Shown in pieces: positions 41,391 to 56,063 of a stretch of DNA of 64,000 nucleotides (positions within the stretch are counted from its first letter, which is position 1; every line of letters starts with the position of its first letter). The position numbers and the translations under genes are program-made. Below the pieces are notes generated by a model, which made no database searches, had not been told where the DNA came from, and was given only the letters and a program-made list of their open reading frames with translations. The DNA comes from Naegleria gruberi (taxonomy: Eukaryota): assembly GCA_000004985.1 (NCBI GenBank), contig GG738900.1. The stretch is one strand, 5' to 3'.

Positions 41391-44300
41391 ATGACACAAT
41401 CACCTTCATCAAATCAGGGTGGTAATGACAAGAGCAAAAACTTTCCCAGCCGTATCAAAAGCTTTTTCATCAAGTCATCTTCTCCAACTAGTCCCAACAA
41501 TTCCTTACAACCGAGAATTTCATCACCCAACTCTCCAAATCTTCCCAAAACTGCAAGTTCCAACACTCTTCCTATTCATATTCATAATAATAACAATAAT
41601 ATCGAGAACTCTCCATCATTCACCAGAAAGAGTAGTGCTAGCAATGAAATATCATCAGTATTATCTTCCTCTCCACTTGTTAATTCCCCATCATTAAATT
41701 CATCGTCGAATATCAATAATATTCGGCATAGTAACAATCAATTTTTGATGGTTTCTCCATCATTGAATAATAATAATAATATTTCTCCACCTAATAATAA
41801 TAATAATTCTAATAATTATTATTCAACAACAACGGGAACAACAACTTCAAACACTACATCATCTAACGAGGCAATTTCCCCAAATACCAATAATGGTGGT
41901 AGTGCTGCTGCTACTAGTGGAGGAGGACAACAACAAAACGACAACAACAACAACAATATTCAGCAGCATCAACTCGAGCCAATTGTTTTTGATTCGCCAA
42001 ACTCACCTCCAAATCACAGTAAAAACAACGGGTCGTTTTTGGCGGGAGAATTTGATAAGAAAAAAAATCATCATGAGCCTACAGTTTCATCCTCATCCAA
42101 TTATACGACCACTTCGACATCAAATTCTATCGGAAGTGGTGGAGGTGGTAGTAGAAGAATGGATAGTACAGTATCGGATATTGTTGTTGGAGGACATATT
42201 TTGTCAAGTTCAGTGATGAATAGTGATTTGATGCAATATGATTTGAATTTTAATGAGGGAGGATCAAGAAAAACATTTGATTTTCATAACATGACAGCAA
42301 ATTCGACACTGGGTAGCCTTCCTCCTGGAGGATTTTTACATGGTGCTTCGAATAGTCAAACTAATTTTGGAAGTGTAAGAGATTCTAATGCAATACTTTC
42401 GGAGAGTATGTTGGATAGACATCTATTGGATGTCCATCATCAAGATGGTATGTTCATCAATTATCTTACTTGATAATAATTGATTAACTCATTTATATTC
42501 TAATAGATTCTATTTCTCAATCATCAATGGACTCAGCGAGGTCAACTCCTCATGTTAATATTGCCCGTTTGGGTCATCATCAAAAAGATACACATTCACA
42601 ATTTAATGACATCACAGTTTCGGATGAAGGAACAACAGCTGAGGATACCTTGTCTGTTAATGGAGTTCCAATGAATGTAGATGAAATATTTCATGTTTAT
42701 TCTGTAGAAAATAATCCAACCATATCCATGACAGGTTATGCTGACACTTACATGTCATCTTTTTCTAACATTAAAAATTCAACGAGTGAAGATAAGAATT
42801 TATTTGGATTACAATGTTTACCAAATATTTTCCAACCACTTTACTACAAAGATAATGATAATTCAGCCTATGGATTTTCAGAAATCAAGAAAGTTCCTCT
42901 ATTGTCTCAACTGTCAGAACAGGAAGTTTCAGACTTGCCTGTACATGCACGCAAGACAATCAAAAACAAATATGAATCACCATTCCTTGTACTTTTATCA
43001 AATTCTAAGAAACAACATCATCTCTCTAGGAGCACTCTCAAAAAATTCTCTGTCAGTCAAACTAAAAAGCAATTAATTGAGGATACTAAATGGAGAATGT
43101 TTGAAGATGCCATGCTTTCAAAGGAAGTTAGATTTCACAATGATCCTAACACTTCATCCAGTAATCCAGTTTCGGATTACATTTTACCATCTGGAAAGAA
43201 CGACAAAACCAGAAACAGGTCAGACTCTGGAGGCTTACTGACATTGAAAACACTTTCGGATTTTGGTGGGAAACCTTCAACCAGTCCATCAACCAGTCCG
43301 ACCGTTGGAAGTCCTCTAACACTCGAATCCATGTTTAAAAGAAAACAATCAGATTATGCAAGCTCACCAAATACTGATGATACATCTAGCCTTTCTTCAA
43401 TGAAAGGGTACGATTCCAGTTCTGAGGAGGAAGAAAGCTTTCAAATTGCCAATTTTTCTCCTAGAATAATTCAAGAAATACCACATGGTTTCTTGGCTAC
43501 TAGATTGGACCTACTTAAAGATTATATGAAAGAATCATGTGAGGAAAACACTAATGTTTCACTGAAGAAGAATGTTGCTGAATACAAAGTTTGGAAGAAG
43601 GAACATTCTCTCCTCGAATTTTTATCTGACGATTTGATGAATACACACGAACTGAAAACAAAACTGTTTCCATTCATGTATGCACCAAACGAAAATCTGA
43701 AGGATGGATCATCTGACATTTTACTTCAAAACTTTTATGTCAACAAGCAAGACGTTGATAATAGAGCCAAACTAATTATTGATATAGAAAAATTCAAGCT
43801 GGATTTTGTTGAAGAGCACTTGAATGGAGTACCATTGGAGAATTTTTATGCCAGTTTAACCTTGTACTCTGTCAAGCTAACAGAATCTCAAAATCCATCC
43901 ATCTCTGCAGTTAAAAGATATAGCGAAACATTTTCCTTCAATCTTTCGTCTTCATCCAATAATAGTAAGAGAGCTCTCTTCTACTTGTCAAGCCAAAATT
44001 TGCCTAACAGCACAGCACCAAACACTGAAAAGGTGTTTGTCTTGGTGAGAATATTTAGAAACTTTAAGGGAACTTATGCGGAACACTTTAACGAGCTCTA
44101 TATCAAAGGAAAAAATACGCCAAAGAGTTCCTCTGATAAACCATTCAATGTCAATGACTCTAAAGATTACAAGGCAATCAAGGCTGTTAAACCAGCATTC
44201 TTTGAGTCTCTTAAGGATGTTTACTCTGCTTTTGCATGGTCTATTGTAGAACTCAATCCAATGCTCAACAGTCTTCCTGCTCTCCAATTCCCTAGTTTGT

Positions 44301-47300
44301 ACATGAATGGTGAAGGACTTTCAAACGATTTTTATGTGAAGAATATTTATTGTATACCAGACAAACTGGTTGGAAACGTTTCAGATGACAAGCTTTTCGA
44401 AGTTTATTTTGCCAATGGATTGAATCTCATCCCTAACGTTGCCGAAGTATCTGCAGGAGAAAGTGGAATTTCTGGAGGTCTTTCAACAAGCGAAAAAACC
44501 CTTGTTGTCAACAGTGGTAAGGATATCATCAAACAGCTGTCGAAGACAATGCTTAGAAGTATTCCTAGCAAGCTTACCTTCAAACTAATGCTGTTGCCTC
44601 CATCAAAATCTAATCAAACTCTTAGAGCTTCCCTATTTGAAAATGAAAAGCAATATCAATATGTACAGAGAAAATACTTACCGGAAAATAATATGTTAGT
44701 CATTCAAAAGGAATCTGTCACCGATCAAGTTGAAAAGAAAAAGAAGAATAGAGATGATAGCAAGGAGACCTTGCAGGCTGATTTACCTGTTACTGAAATG
44801 GAACAGTTCTATTCTTCCAATACCATGCCAGAATCTACTACAAGACAAACAAATTTGAGAAATGAGCTTTACATTTATCCACAAAGTGCCAACTTTTCCA
44901 AATTTGCAGTCAAAAATAAGAATATTCAAATAACAGTGTCTTACAATGATACAGACCAAAACTTCTCACTCAATAATATGGAACAAAGAAACAAAGGACT
45001 TTTCTACAAACCTTTCACTAGTAATAATTCAAGTGACCGTATTAATGAGGGTGAATGTGTTAGTGTAGCTTTGAAGAACGAGAAACCAGAATTTAGTGAT
45101 GAAATCAAATGTATTATTCCGTGCCGTTATCCAACTGAGGATGAAGATTGTAGACAACACTTAGTTTTCAAGTTTTACAATGTTTCACACAAAGAGACAA
45201 TTCAAAAGAAAGCTAGTGATGTAGAACTTTCTCAATCTAGAACTCTTATTGGTGTATCATTTTTGAAAGTATACAAGAAGGTAACAACAACAATTGATAA
45301 GAGAAAAATCATCCTCAAAGATCTAATTAATGGAGATTTTGAGTTGCCAGTTTATCCAGTTCTTAACATTCCAAACGCAAACTATTTGAGATTATGCGAC
45401 CAAATTATGGATCCTTCTCTAGTACATATCAAACCATCGGCTACTTTTAAAGTTAAAATTATTCCATATAGCTTTATTTTACCAAATATTGCTCTCACTT
45501 TCCCATACTCAACCTCCAACATTATCAATTTGTTCCTTCTCAAGTTTTTCAGATTGGTTAACAATACAGTTTCTGTCACTCCAACATTTGAAGAAATTGC
45601 AGATGTTTACAAGACTTTGATTCAAACTTACGAGTATGAAAAACAAGTTGTATCCAACACCATTTGGTTTGAAATGCATGCTTTATATTTACCAATGATA
45701 TTGAACACTTGTTTTGACTGGATTATTGACACCTTTGGTAAAGACAAGAATTACACAACAGAATTATGGAAAATTATCCTCTTCTTCATTGAAAAGTATA
45801 ACCAACATTCGGCATCTTCTTCAACTGTTCTCAAAATCTACCAAAAATATCATTTCAGATTCTCCAAGAGTGGGGATGATGTTATTTTCAAGTTGATCTC
45901 ATCATTTATTGACTCAATCAAAATTGAGAATTCCAAACTGAGTCCTAAAGGAAACGTATTTGAGGAACTCTTCTTGAGAAACAACCAAACAATATTTGGG
46001 TTATTTTTGAAGAGTATTGTTTGTTCAATGAGTTATAATACTGTGGAACCATTCCAAGTCGATAATGAGTTTGATAATCTTCATATTATGACTAAGTCAA
46101 GTTTGAACGCCATAGAACAATTTACTGTAATGGTTTTGGAAATGGTGGAAAGAGTTTCATTCAAGAATGAAAAGCATACAATCCTCAAATCATTCTTGAA
46201 GAGTTTTGCTGCTTTTTATTCCCATCTAATTGCTATTTATTCGATAAAGGCAGAAAAGCGGTTTGAACTTGCAGGACTCATCTCCAAACAAGAAATTATC
46301 CAATACCTCCTTAAATTTATAGAGTCGATGGGTTATTTACCTTCTCTATACAAGTTGAAGAATAATGATAACGACTCTAAGAAATCCAAGGAAATCTCTA
46401 CACTGGTATCAGAATCACAATTATTGATGATTAGTGAACTTTTACTTCATTTCCCTTCATTTGAACTTTCTCTACCTCCACCAATTTCTCTCCTTGATAG
46501 TATCATTGCTCAAAGTCAAAATGCAGAAGCACCAATATCAAACTTTAGAGATATTCATCACTTTGTTTTCTCTTCATTTGCCGAATATTTCGTAAGAACA
46601 ATTTACTTGGCTGAAGAGAAAGAAGTTAGACTTAAGGCAATTTTACTATTCAAAGAATATGTAGAAAAGATCAGTAGAGAAAGTAGTACTGTTCAATTAT
46701 CAGAAGAAAGTCAACCTGATGAACAAAAGGCCGAAGTTCGATCTAGAATATTCACTTCCCAATTACTTCTTGAATTCTTTGCCAAACATATGATTGAGAT
46801 TTTCCCAGAGTGGAAGAGAAACGCAGAGTCTAATCAAAAGAAAATTACAACTGCTATTGAGGAGTTGAGAAGAAAAATATCACAAGTGGAAAGAGATATT
46901 CTTGCAGCCCAAGACAGTCTTAACCAGGCAAAGCAAAATAAGACAAAGAAGTCAACGGAACCAGAAAAGAAGTTGAACCACTTGGATGTTCAATTAACAA
47001 CTTTGAAACAGTTATTGCTTACAAAAGAAAAGCAATTATTGGAGGAATTTGAAACAACCAAAACTGAAAAACGTATGCTTCTTTCTGTGTTTGTCCAAAT
47101 AACAACAAATTGTGATGAGAACTCGCTTAGATCTCTATGGAAGATTAAACCAGCTTCAGAAGATTCTAACATGTATCACGATGACGGTCTTCATTTCAGT
47201 TCTAAACTCTTGATGATATTCCAAATGTGTGTACAGAGTTTTGAGTATGGCGGCTATTCTCCTTTATATCACTACTTTGATAGACTCTACCAAAAGCTTC

Positions 47301-50300
47301 CACAGAATCAAACTGTGAAACACTCCACACCTCTCAATGAAAAATTCTCTCCAGCTAAATCAAACCCTTCAATTTCTAGGTCAGCAAGTGACAGGAAGAA
47401 AGGTGACGATAAACCACTCACCAAAATGAGTTTAGATGGACCTATGGATGTTGATTCTCCAGTGAGATCTTCTCCTAGCCAAGGAGCAAACAGTGGAATT
47501 TCTAAATCTGATTATATTGAGAAAAAGATAACCATTGAGAGATTGATTTCCAACGAGACAAGTTCAACCATTTTTCAACTCTTCTTAAAATTCATGGAAG
47601 ACAATGCCGAGTTTATTCAAAATATTGTTCGTCCAGGAGCATACATTGATCCAAAACATTTACCACCGATTTTGGAAAATATTGTCAGAACACTTTTGAA
47701 TTTATTGAGATCAAACCTAAGCGAATGCTTGACAATATCCGTATTGTTGTATTTGAGACATGTTTTATCTCAACATCCTTTCACTGCCATATTCTATAAT
47801 CCACAATCAGAATATGGTTTGCTATTCTCTGAAGAACTACTTCGTTTGAGTCACTCCAAGCTTGGTTCGATTAGAAAACACGCTGCTGCCTGTTTCTACT
47901 TGTGGATTCGTTTTTGCTTTGAAGAAAACAAAGGTATGACTGTTCCACAAATAATGGTAACTCTCTCCCTTTCAAGAAGATTGCAAAGTTATACCAAAAT
48001 TACCCACAACTTTTTATCAGACAATACTATAGGTGATGAATCGTTTGATGATTCTGAAGGTATTAATGCTCTGGCTCACATTGAAGAATGTATTAAATTG
48101 TTGCCTTACTTTGCCATCAAGGATGAGGCAGCTCCAGGTTCAAAATTCTTCAAAATTAGAAACAAGTACGGAGCTCAAAAGGGTGATGTTACGGATAGAG
48201 AAGTCCAAGCCGAAGATAATAATGGAAAACAGAAAGGAGAAAGATTCCACACTGCTATGGTGTTCTTTAAAAAGATTGAAAACAAGGCAGATCAAAAGAA
48301 ATTTGGACAGAAAGTTCTCGAAGTGTTAGACCAATTCCACGATTTATTGTCTGATCTTTCTAAAAAGTTACTCAGTCTTGTTCAAGATACCATGTCAATT
48401 AGGGCCACAATGATCAAGCGAAAGCAAAGTGAAACTAGCACTGTAACTTATGATCCATTCAAAACTGAAGAATTATTGTATAGAATATCTGACAATTATT
48501 CAAAACTTCCTGAACTCAGACTTGCATGGCTGGAACAACTTGCCTCCTATCACAAAGGATTGGCCCAATATGAGGAGTCTGCACATTGCTATTTGAGAAT
48601 TCTCTCTCTAGTATTCGATTATTTGGATCATCAAGCTACAAAGAAATTCACTCCCAACAGTATCAAAACGGAAACGTCTGTATTGGAAATTCTTCCACTC
48701 TCTCAATTCTACAGCATTTCTCCAATGTTGATAGAATTCAAGGTGAATCAAACAGGCATTCAAACTCAATCACTTTTAGGAGGAGGAAATTCCAAGTATG
48801 ATTACATGTCCGATCAGTCCATTGTGAATTACATACTCAAAACTATTGACTCTTTAGAGTTGGCTGAATGTTTCGAACACTGTATCATGTTATACAAGCT
48901 ACTGATTCCTATTTTCGAATCTAAATATGCTAACTTTACACAATTGCATATTATTTACGACAGATTGACACAACTCTATAAGAAATGCTCCTCCTTCCAA
49001 TCAACATCTAATAGCAAAGTTCCAACCTCTCCTAGTGATAATGAAACTACTAATGCCCTATCCCTCTCCAATATCTCTTCACTCTCAGCTTCAAAGACAA
49101 CAGAAAACGAAACCGACAGTAGAGTATATAGCTTTTATTATCGTGTCAAATTTGTTGGAAGAGCATTTGGTGAATTGGATGGCAAAGTTTACATTTACAA
49201 AATGCCAAAACTATTCAAACTTTTTAAGATGAAGAACAAAATGTTGGAAATTTATGGAAAGGATGTAGAAGTTGTTTCTAAAGATGAAGCTGGAGTAGTT
49301 ACCGCTGATGATGAGCTTTCAACTGGTTCTGAATCAAATAAGAAGGTCATTCAAATTAACCATGTCAAGCCATTCCTTCCAACTGTAGATCAAATGAAAA
49401 TTTTAAGAAAGAAATTTGATGATCTCAATAGATTGAGTAATATTAGTACAAGTGTTAATAGTGCTCCTAGTACGAGAGGATCCGATAGAAATTACAAGAC
49501 TATTCTCAAAAAGAGTCCAATGACCTCCAGTACTAGCAAATTACCAACAATGAGCAGTGATAGTCTCAGTCCTAGAAATCGTTCTAATTCAAACTCTCAA
49601 CCTCCTCTTCCAACTCTCAGATCAAATATCAAATTCAAGAGTGACGAGAATTTGTCAGTTTACAATATGGAAGGAGTTGCTTCACCACTATCACCAAGAG
49701 ATGGCATCCTATCGCCAAGTTCTCCTTCTAAAGTTTCCATTCCAAAACTTAATCTATCCAAGAATAAGAAGGAAAATTCAGGTAACCAAAGTGAATCCAA
49801 CCAAAATGCCTTCCAAGATATGGAACGATTTTTATATGATAAGATTTTATCACTCAACTACTTTATTACCAGAGACTCTGAATTCCAAAGAAATATGAAC
49901 CTCAACCATTTCTTTTATGAATATTCTGTTGCTGCCAAAGGAGCAGACATTACTCAAACTTACAAGAAGAAGATTTTAATCACCACTGAAGAGTACTTCC
50001 CTAATGTCATGACTCGTTTGGAAGTAGCTGAGGAAAAGGAATTTACACTCTCTCCAATTGAAAATTCAATTGAAATGATTGATACACAAGTTAAAAAATT
50101 AGAGACTGCCATGAATTCAGTATTATCAACAGCTCTGGGTGACGTGGCGAATTATAGCGTTCTTGGAAATATGTTCAATCACTCTGTCCACACATCTAGT
50201 CACAGCAATAATACTGGAACACCTGGCTACAACAAACGTCACTCCATCAAAGGTGGTTCCAATTTGGTGATCAATTTGAACATGACCAATTCTCTAGGTA

Positions 50301-51088
50301 CTGTTCCATACTTTAACGATCTGAACATTAATCCTCACACTGTCTCCACTCTACAAATGATCTTGCAAGGAAGCGTTCAAGCAAGGGTTGGTGAAGGACC
50401 TAAAAAAGTTGTGGAAATCTTTTTAAATAGAGAATTCAGAGAAAGATGGAAAGTTCAACAAGGAAACTCTGACCTTATCACCAAGCTTAATGAGAGATGT
50501 TTCAGATTTTTGTTATTGTGTGATAGAGGAGTCAAGTTGCATTCTCTCATAATCCACTCTCAAACACCAACAGCTACCAACAATAAGGATAGAATTTTAC
50601 ATGCAGAATTGGAGAAGGGTTTCCATGAAGTCAAGTCATTATTCGAAGCCTACCTAGAAATTCCAACTGTGAGAACCTTTGTACCAGTTGTTAATGGATC
50701 TATTGTACCAGAGAGAGTAACCAACATGAAGAAGGGACAAGAAACTGTAGAAACATTTATTACTGTCACTGTTCAAGATGTTTTGAATTATCCAGATTTA
50801 TTCTACAAGCACAATAATATTTCTTACAATACTCTGCAAAATCTTAAACTTGGCAAACAACAATTAACCGACCCATTCAAACAAATTTCAACACCATCAG
50901 AATCGCCAAGAAATGCAGACCTCCTCAATGCAATCAGAAACAACAATAGACTTTCAATTCCATCAACTAAAATGAAGGAATATTTGGAACAATTAAGTAT
51001 TCCCTCAGGAAGATCTCTCAACTTGGATTCTGATAACCATCTAGTTCACGACTTACTCCTTCGTCAGTCCTCAGCTGATCTTCAATAA
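41391..51088 (+). CDS. DOCK-family (DOCK/zizimin-like) Rho/Rac guanine-nucleotide exchange factor, about 3200 aa, 2 exons
   Basis: ORF 42527..51088 (2853 aa) contains DOCK DHR-2-region hallmarks: LPELRLAWLEQLASYHKGLAQYEESAHCYLRILSLVFDYL, YSFYYRVKFVGRAFGELDGKVYIYKMPKLFKL, VIQINHVKPF and a C2-like DHR-1 region upstream. The preceding ORF 41391..42473 (S/N-rich) ends in phase 1 at a GTATGT donor (42448). It joins exon 2 at 42507 through a 59-nt AT-rich intron ending TAATAG, in frame with the 42527 ATG. Model join(41391..42447,42507..51088). Confidence 0.75.
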
Positions 51089-51330
51089 TAAAAACCATGT
51101 ATGTCCATATATTAGTATTATTAGTGATAAACCCAATTCACACACACTAATGGCTCAAAGTTTCACTTTAGGTACCCACCAGCGTTACAAAAGGGAAACG
51201 TACTCCTCAAATTAGGTCATCAGAGAATCCATATCGATTGTTATCGTCATTAAAGAGAATATTTTTCCACACAACAGCCAACTACTCAATAGAATATCCA
51301 TCATCAAAACACACATCTCTCTTTAAAAAA

Positions 51331-53185
51331 ATGCACCGTACACAGATCGAGCAACAATACGGCATTAGCTTTCATGTTCCTGAGCGGTATCAGGATTTGA
51401 ATGTTATTGGTAAAGGTAAGAAGAAGAAGATTGGTAGATTGTATTTATGCTAATAATATCCGATCATATGATGATTTTTAAAATTTTGTATTTTTGAATA
51501 ATCAACTGATTTTATGTAATCTATTGTACATTGTTGAAACTATTTGATAATGGATATATTTCTTCATCATGATTAATCAAATTAACATTTCATTAATAAC
51601 AACAACAACAAAATCTATTACGATCATCATCAAATTTTATATTCTCTCCACTTCTTGTATTACTAATACAATAATAATTTTAGGATCATATGGTATTGTT
51701 TGTGCTGCAAAGGATACATTAACCAATTCCAAAGTAGCCATCAAGAAAGTCATCCGATGTTTTGATCATCATGTTTTTGCTGTTAGATTATTAAGAGAAG
51801 TTAAAATTCTTGGCTTTTTAAATCATCCAAACGTTATTGATTTAAAGCATGTACAATTACCATTCCCCGATAGAGATAATTTTACAGAATTATACATGTA
51901 TACAGATTTGATGGATACGGACTTGAAAACTATTATACAATCATCTCAAGAATTGACTAATGACCATATCCAATTCTTCATGTATCAAATACTTAAAGCT
52001 GTACATTATATACATAGTGGAAATGTTATTCACAGAGATTTGGTAAGTGTTTTTCTTATTATTTGAATATTAAATGTTTATGAATAATAATATATCTTTA
52101 ATAACATCATCATAACAATATCATTTGATTAATAACAACAACAACAACAACAGAAACCTAGTAATATACTTATTAATAGTGATTGTAATATTAAAATTTG
52201 TGATTTAGGATTGGCTAGAGGATACAATGATGGAACAAATGCTAACGAGTCAGTACTTAAAGGATTATTAAAAGGACAAAAACAAATGAAGCCAAAACTT
52301 ACTGAATACGTAGTGACACGTTGGTATAGAGCTCCAGAGTTACTTCTTCAATCGAATGCCTATGGTAAACAAGTGGACGTGTGGAGTGTTGGATGTATAT
52401 TTGCAGAATTGTTAGGAAGAGAACCACTGTTTAGAGGAAGTTCACATTATGATCAACTTGTTAAAATTTTTGATGTTATTGGAACTCCAAAGGATAAGAC
52501 AGACTTTGAAGGAATTGAATTGACAGATTCTAGTTACAATATCCTTCAACAGATTAAAGTGAAACCTAAACGAGATTTTACCAGCATTTTCCCTAATGCT
52601 ACAAATGATGCTGTTGATTTACTAGAAAAATTACTTTGTTTTTCACCAAAGCAAAGAATTAGTGCTTCTGAAGCTCTAGAACATCCATATTTTGAAGATA
52701 TCCATACATTTAATGATTATGATTTTGCTTCATCATCATTTGACTATAGTTTTGAAGCTGATGCAACTAGTATTCCAGCAATAAGGCACATGCTCTATGA
52801 CGAAATTGCTAGAAAGTATGACCACTCAAATGATAGAGAAGATGTCATGACTAGATATGAATTACAGACCTCTATGAAACCTCCAGTTTCAACTGCTGTA
52901 CAGCAAAATAATGTACAACAAACCACAAACAATTATCAACCTCAATCTCAACATTACAATCATCAACAACAACAATATGATGAGGATGACGAGAGTGATG
53001 AAGGGGACGATGAGGAAGTAGAAGATATGGACTTTGTGGGCGATAAAAAGTCAGAACAACAACATCAACAACAATACCACCATCAAATGCATCACAGAAA
53101 TCTCAGTAATGCCGGTGATGATAGCATCCTCACCACCGATGAAGCATCAGATTATATGGAAGAATCAGATTCTGATTTTCTTTAA
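51331..53185 (+). CDS. ERK-family MAP kinase (TEY activation loop; ErkA/ERK1-like), 3 exons
   Basis: Model join(51331..51415,51684..52042,52154..53185), total 1476 nt. Exon 1 is MHRTQIEQQYGISFHVPERYQDLNVIGKG with a GTAAGA donor. Exon 2 begins (G)SYGIVCAAKD…VAIKKV…HRDL with a GTAAGT donor at 52043. Exon 3 is KPSNILINSDCNIKICDLGLARG…LTEYVVTRWYRAPELLL…SVGCIF…YFE…, followed by a Q/acidic C-terminal tail. The introns are 268 and 111 nt. Confidence 0.85.
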
Positions 53186-53320
53186 TTAAATATTTCGAGT
53201 TTCTGAAATAATTTTGGAATTTAATCTAGTTCAGTTTTCTGTGGATCTATCTTTTTTGAAGCTGTGGCTCTCCTTCATTTGTAGTTCTAATATTGATTTC
53301 TGGCAAATAGGTCAAACAAA

Positions 53321-55437
53321 TCAATCAAAAACCAAACACCGTTTCAAATCAAATTTAGAACATGGCTTGGTTAAAATACCATCTATTATTCCAATTTCAT
53401 CCAGTTCAGTAAGGGAGATTGTAACGTTTCCTGTTAAGAGGTATATTTGGAATGCCTGTCCATATTTTTGTCTCAATTCTTTAGCTGCTTCTAATCCATT
53501 CAATTCTGGCATATTCTTTAAATAAGATTAGTTTACGAGTATTAGAATTTAAAAACTTACCATATCAGTAATTACAACTTTGTGAATATCTGGATTAAAT
53601 TTCTCTACCAATTCCTTTCCATCGCAAACATAATCTGTTTCATACCCCAAACTGTTAATCATTTTGATGAGAACCTTTCGATTGATTGGATTATCCTCAG
53701 CAATAATGATTTTTGCCTTCATTGTTGTTTGTTGCGGCTCTTCCTCCTTTTTCTCTGCTCGTTCATAATTGGACATCATGGAAAGATAATCCTTGTGAAC
53801 ATTCAAGTGCAGTTTCTCTTATCTTCTCCCTCAACTTTCTCTGACTGGGCAGGTACTTCATCATGAACCAATTTAAATGGTAAATCAACAGTGAATGTAC
53901 TGCCTTTTCCAAGTTGTGATTCAACATTGATTGTACCTTCGAGTGACTTGATTAAATGAGAGACGGTTGTCAAACCAAGTCCTGTGCTGGGAACTTTGGA
54001 TTGTGAATTATTTTGCAATTGGACAAATGGTTCAAAAATGGAAGGAATCAAATGTTGTGGAATTCCACAACCAAAATCTTGACAAACAAATCTAATATTT
54101 GCTTTTTCACCAGTCTCCTCCAACACTTCACATTTCAGTCTAACTTCACCATCTTGTTTTGATGCCTTTACTGCGTTGGTCATTAAATTGGACAATATTT
54201 GATGAAGCTTGGAAGAATCAGATCTTACAATCATTTGCTTAATTCTCTCATCAATATTGAAATTCAAATTAACCTTAAAATTAGATGCGTATCCTTGAAT
54301 GATTCCTTTCATTGATTTTAGAGATTCGAACAAGTTAAAGGTTTTCAAATTTGAATCCTCCTTCTTTTGTTCCTTATTATTGTGCTCCAACTTTACAATT
54401 TGAAGAATATCTTCAATTAACAAGAGGAGAATCCCATTTGATGATACAATGGTATCAACCAAATCATTTTGCTTATCATTCAGTTCAGTCTCCTTCAATA
54501 ATTCTAAACAACCTAAACTAGACATGATTGGACATCTAAACTCGTGTGAAACATGGGCCATGAATCTGGATCTGGCTTCGATTGCTGTCTCTAGCTGTTT
54601 CCTGGTTTCTTGTAATTTGTCCACTTTGTGTTTTAAAAAACCAGTCACATTGATCCAATAATAAGAAAACATCCAAATGCAAGCCAAAAGCACACAATGC
54701 TCTATGAGAATATCCAATAGTTTTACGTTGTATCCATTTGCCATATATTCAAAATATCCAAGATAACCAATCGTTCCAATATAAAGACATGACATGTAAT
54801 AGGTTGGCAACAGTCCCATAAATGTGGAATAATGATATAGCTTATTAGAGCCTGCAAACCACATAAATGTTACGGGAAGGAACAATATTTTGTGATGTGG
54901 AATAAGCAAATACCTAGTTGTGTAAAGTAGTATTGAAACCAATGCCCTTTTTCTTTCATTACCATCAAGCTTACGAAAGGCATCTCCATAGGACATGGCC
55001 AAATCAATATTTCGTCTATTATTTATCATTTGAGCCAAGAAGAGAACAATATTAAGAACATTCTCCCCCCACGACATGGTCTCAAAACAGTACAATGTAC
55101 CAAGCAAGTACAATCCCCCAATAACCATCATGACATTCATTCGATTAGCCACCAAGTACAACATTCCCCTCTCTAAATCATTATTGCAGTAAATGTCCAG
55201 TTTTGCCTCCATAGCCAAAACCTCATTGAGTGAGGAGCTCTTCTTCAAACGGAAAGACAATGAGGGTGAAGAAGATGTCTTGATAAATGATCGAGGTGGT
55301 GGAGGTAGGTTCCGTTGTTTCGGTGGTGATTCCTGTTGTTGATTTGGTGTATCGTTTTCTTCTTCTCCCGATGAGAGGCAAAGAGAGGACAGTCTCTTCT
55401 TTCCTTCATGTTGTTGTTGTTGAGGTTGGAAAGTCAT
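53321..55437 (-). CDS. Hybrid histidine kinase (multi-TM N-terminus, HisKA, HATPase_c, C-terminal receiver domain)
   Basis: ORF 53803..55437 with ATG at 55437. It has 5-6 TM helices, the H-box FMAHVSHEFRCPI, the N-box LMTNAVKAS, G1 FVCQDFGCGIP and G2 GLGLTTVSHLI. The receiver domain spans ORFs 53549..53806 and 53321..53512 (…KIIIAEDNPINRKV…VVITDM | NMPELNGLEAAKELR…ILTKP…), joined by a 45-nt GTAAGT…TTAAAG intron (53516..53560). The kinase and receiver ORFs are in different frames. A 44-nt (53792..53835) or 65-nt (53792..53856) GT…AG intron would fuse them in frame, but both are only about 59% AT and so atypical. Confidence 0.75.
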
Positions 55438-56063
55438 CTTTGTAAGGTGTTTTTTTTTGATGTGTTGTGATGCGGAACTTTCCTCTCAACAGACAATTCA
55501 ACGTCCTTTTTGAGAATTGAATATTGACTTTTCGAGCATTAAGGAAAATTATGAAGTTGTAAGGGACCAAAATTCTAAGATCTCTCAACCTCAAGGATCG
55601 ATAAGAATACAAGTATGGACAATTTATGTTTTAATAGAAGTTTATTCGGCAGAATTTTTTTGAGATAGGCTTACATAAATATCGTTGGGTCTTCTTAATC
55701 GAGTGCTGTTCCTCTTTTTGATCATCAGTGTTCATTGCAATAGAATTAAAAGATTTTTTCAATGAATAACTCTGAGGAGGAGAAGGAGGAGCTTAATAAT
55801 TAATGATGTGAAATTAAGGTTTGCAGGTTGCACCATGAGTTCACCTACAAGTGTAAGAAACTACAAAATGTTCCAACCACAACAATCTAACAATCTGTTA
55901 TTAGAAACTCACAGTAAATTTGAAATTGTCAGTTATGGATATTTTAGTCACAATATTTCAAAACAAGCCATCTTAATCTTAGGATTTTATTAGATTACGA
56001 TATTTCAGAAACGTCACGTCAAATGTCTTATCACGTTTTCTCATTGATCAACACAAGAAAAAA

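Noticed and set aside
53792-53856. Treating the HK kinase and receiver as two separate genes
   Set aside because: The receiver ORF begins 1 nt after the kinase stop, leaving no intergenic space. The receiver itself has a canonical intron, so a single hybrid kinase with an unresolved linker junction is more parsimonious.
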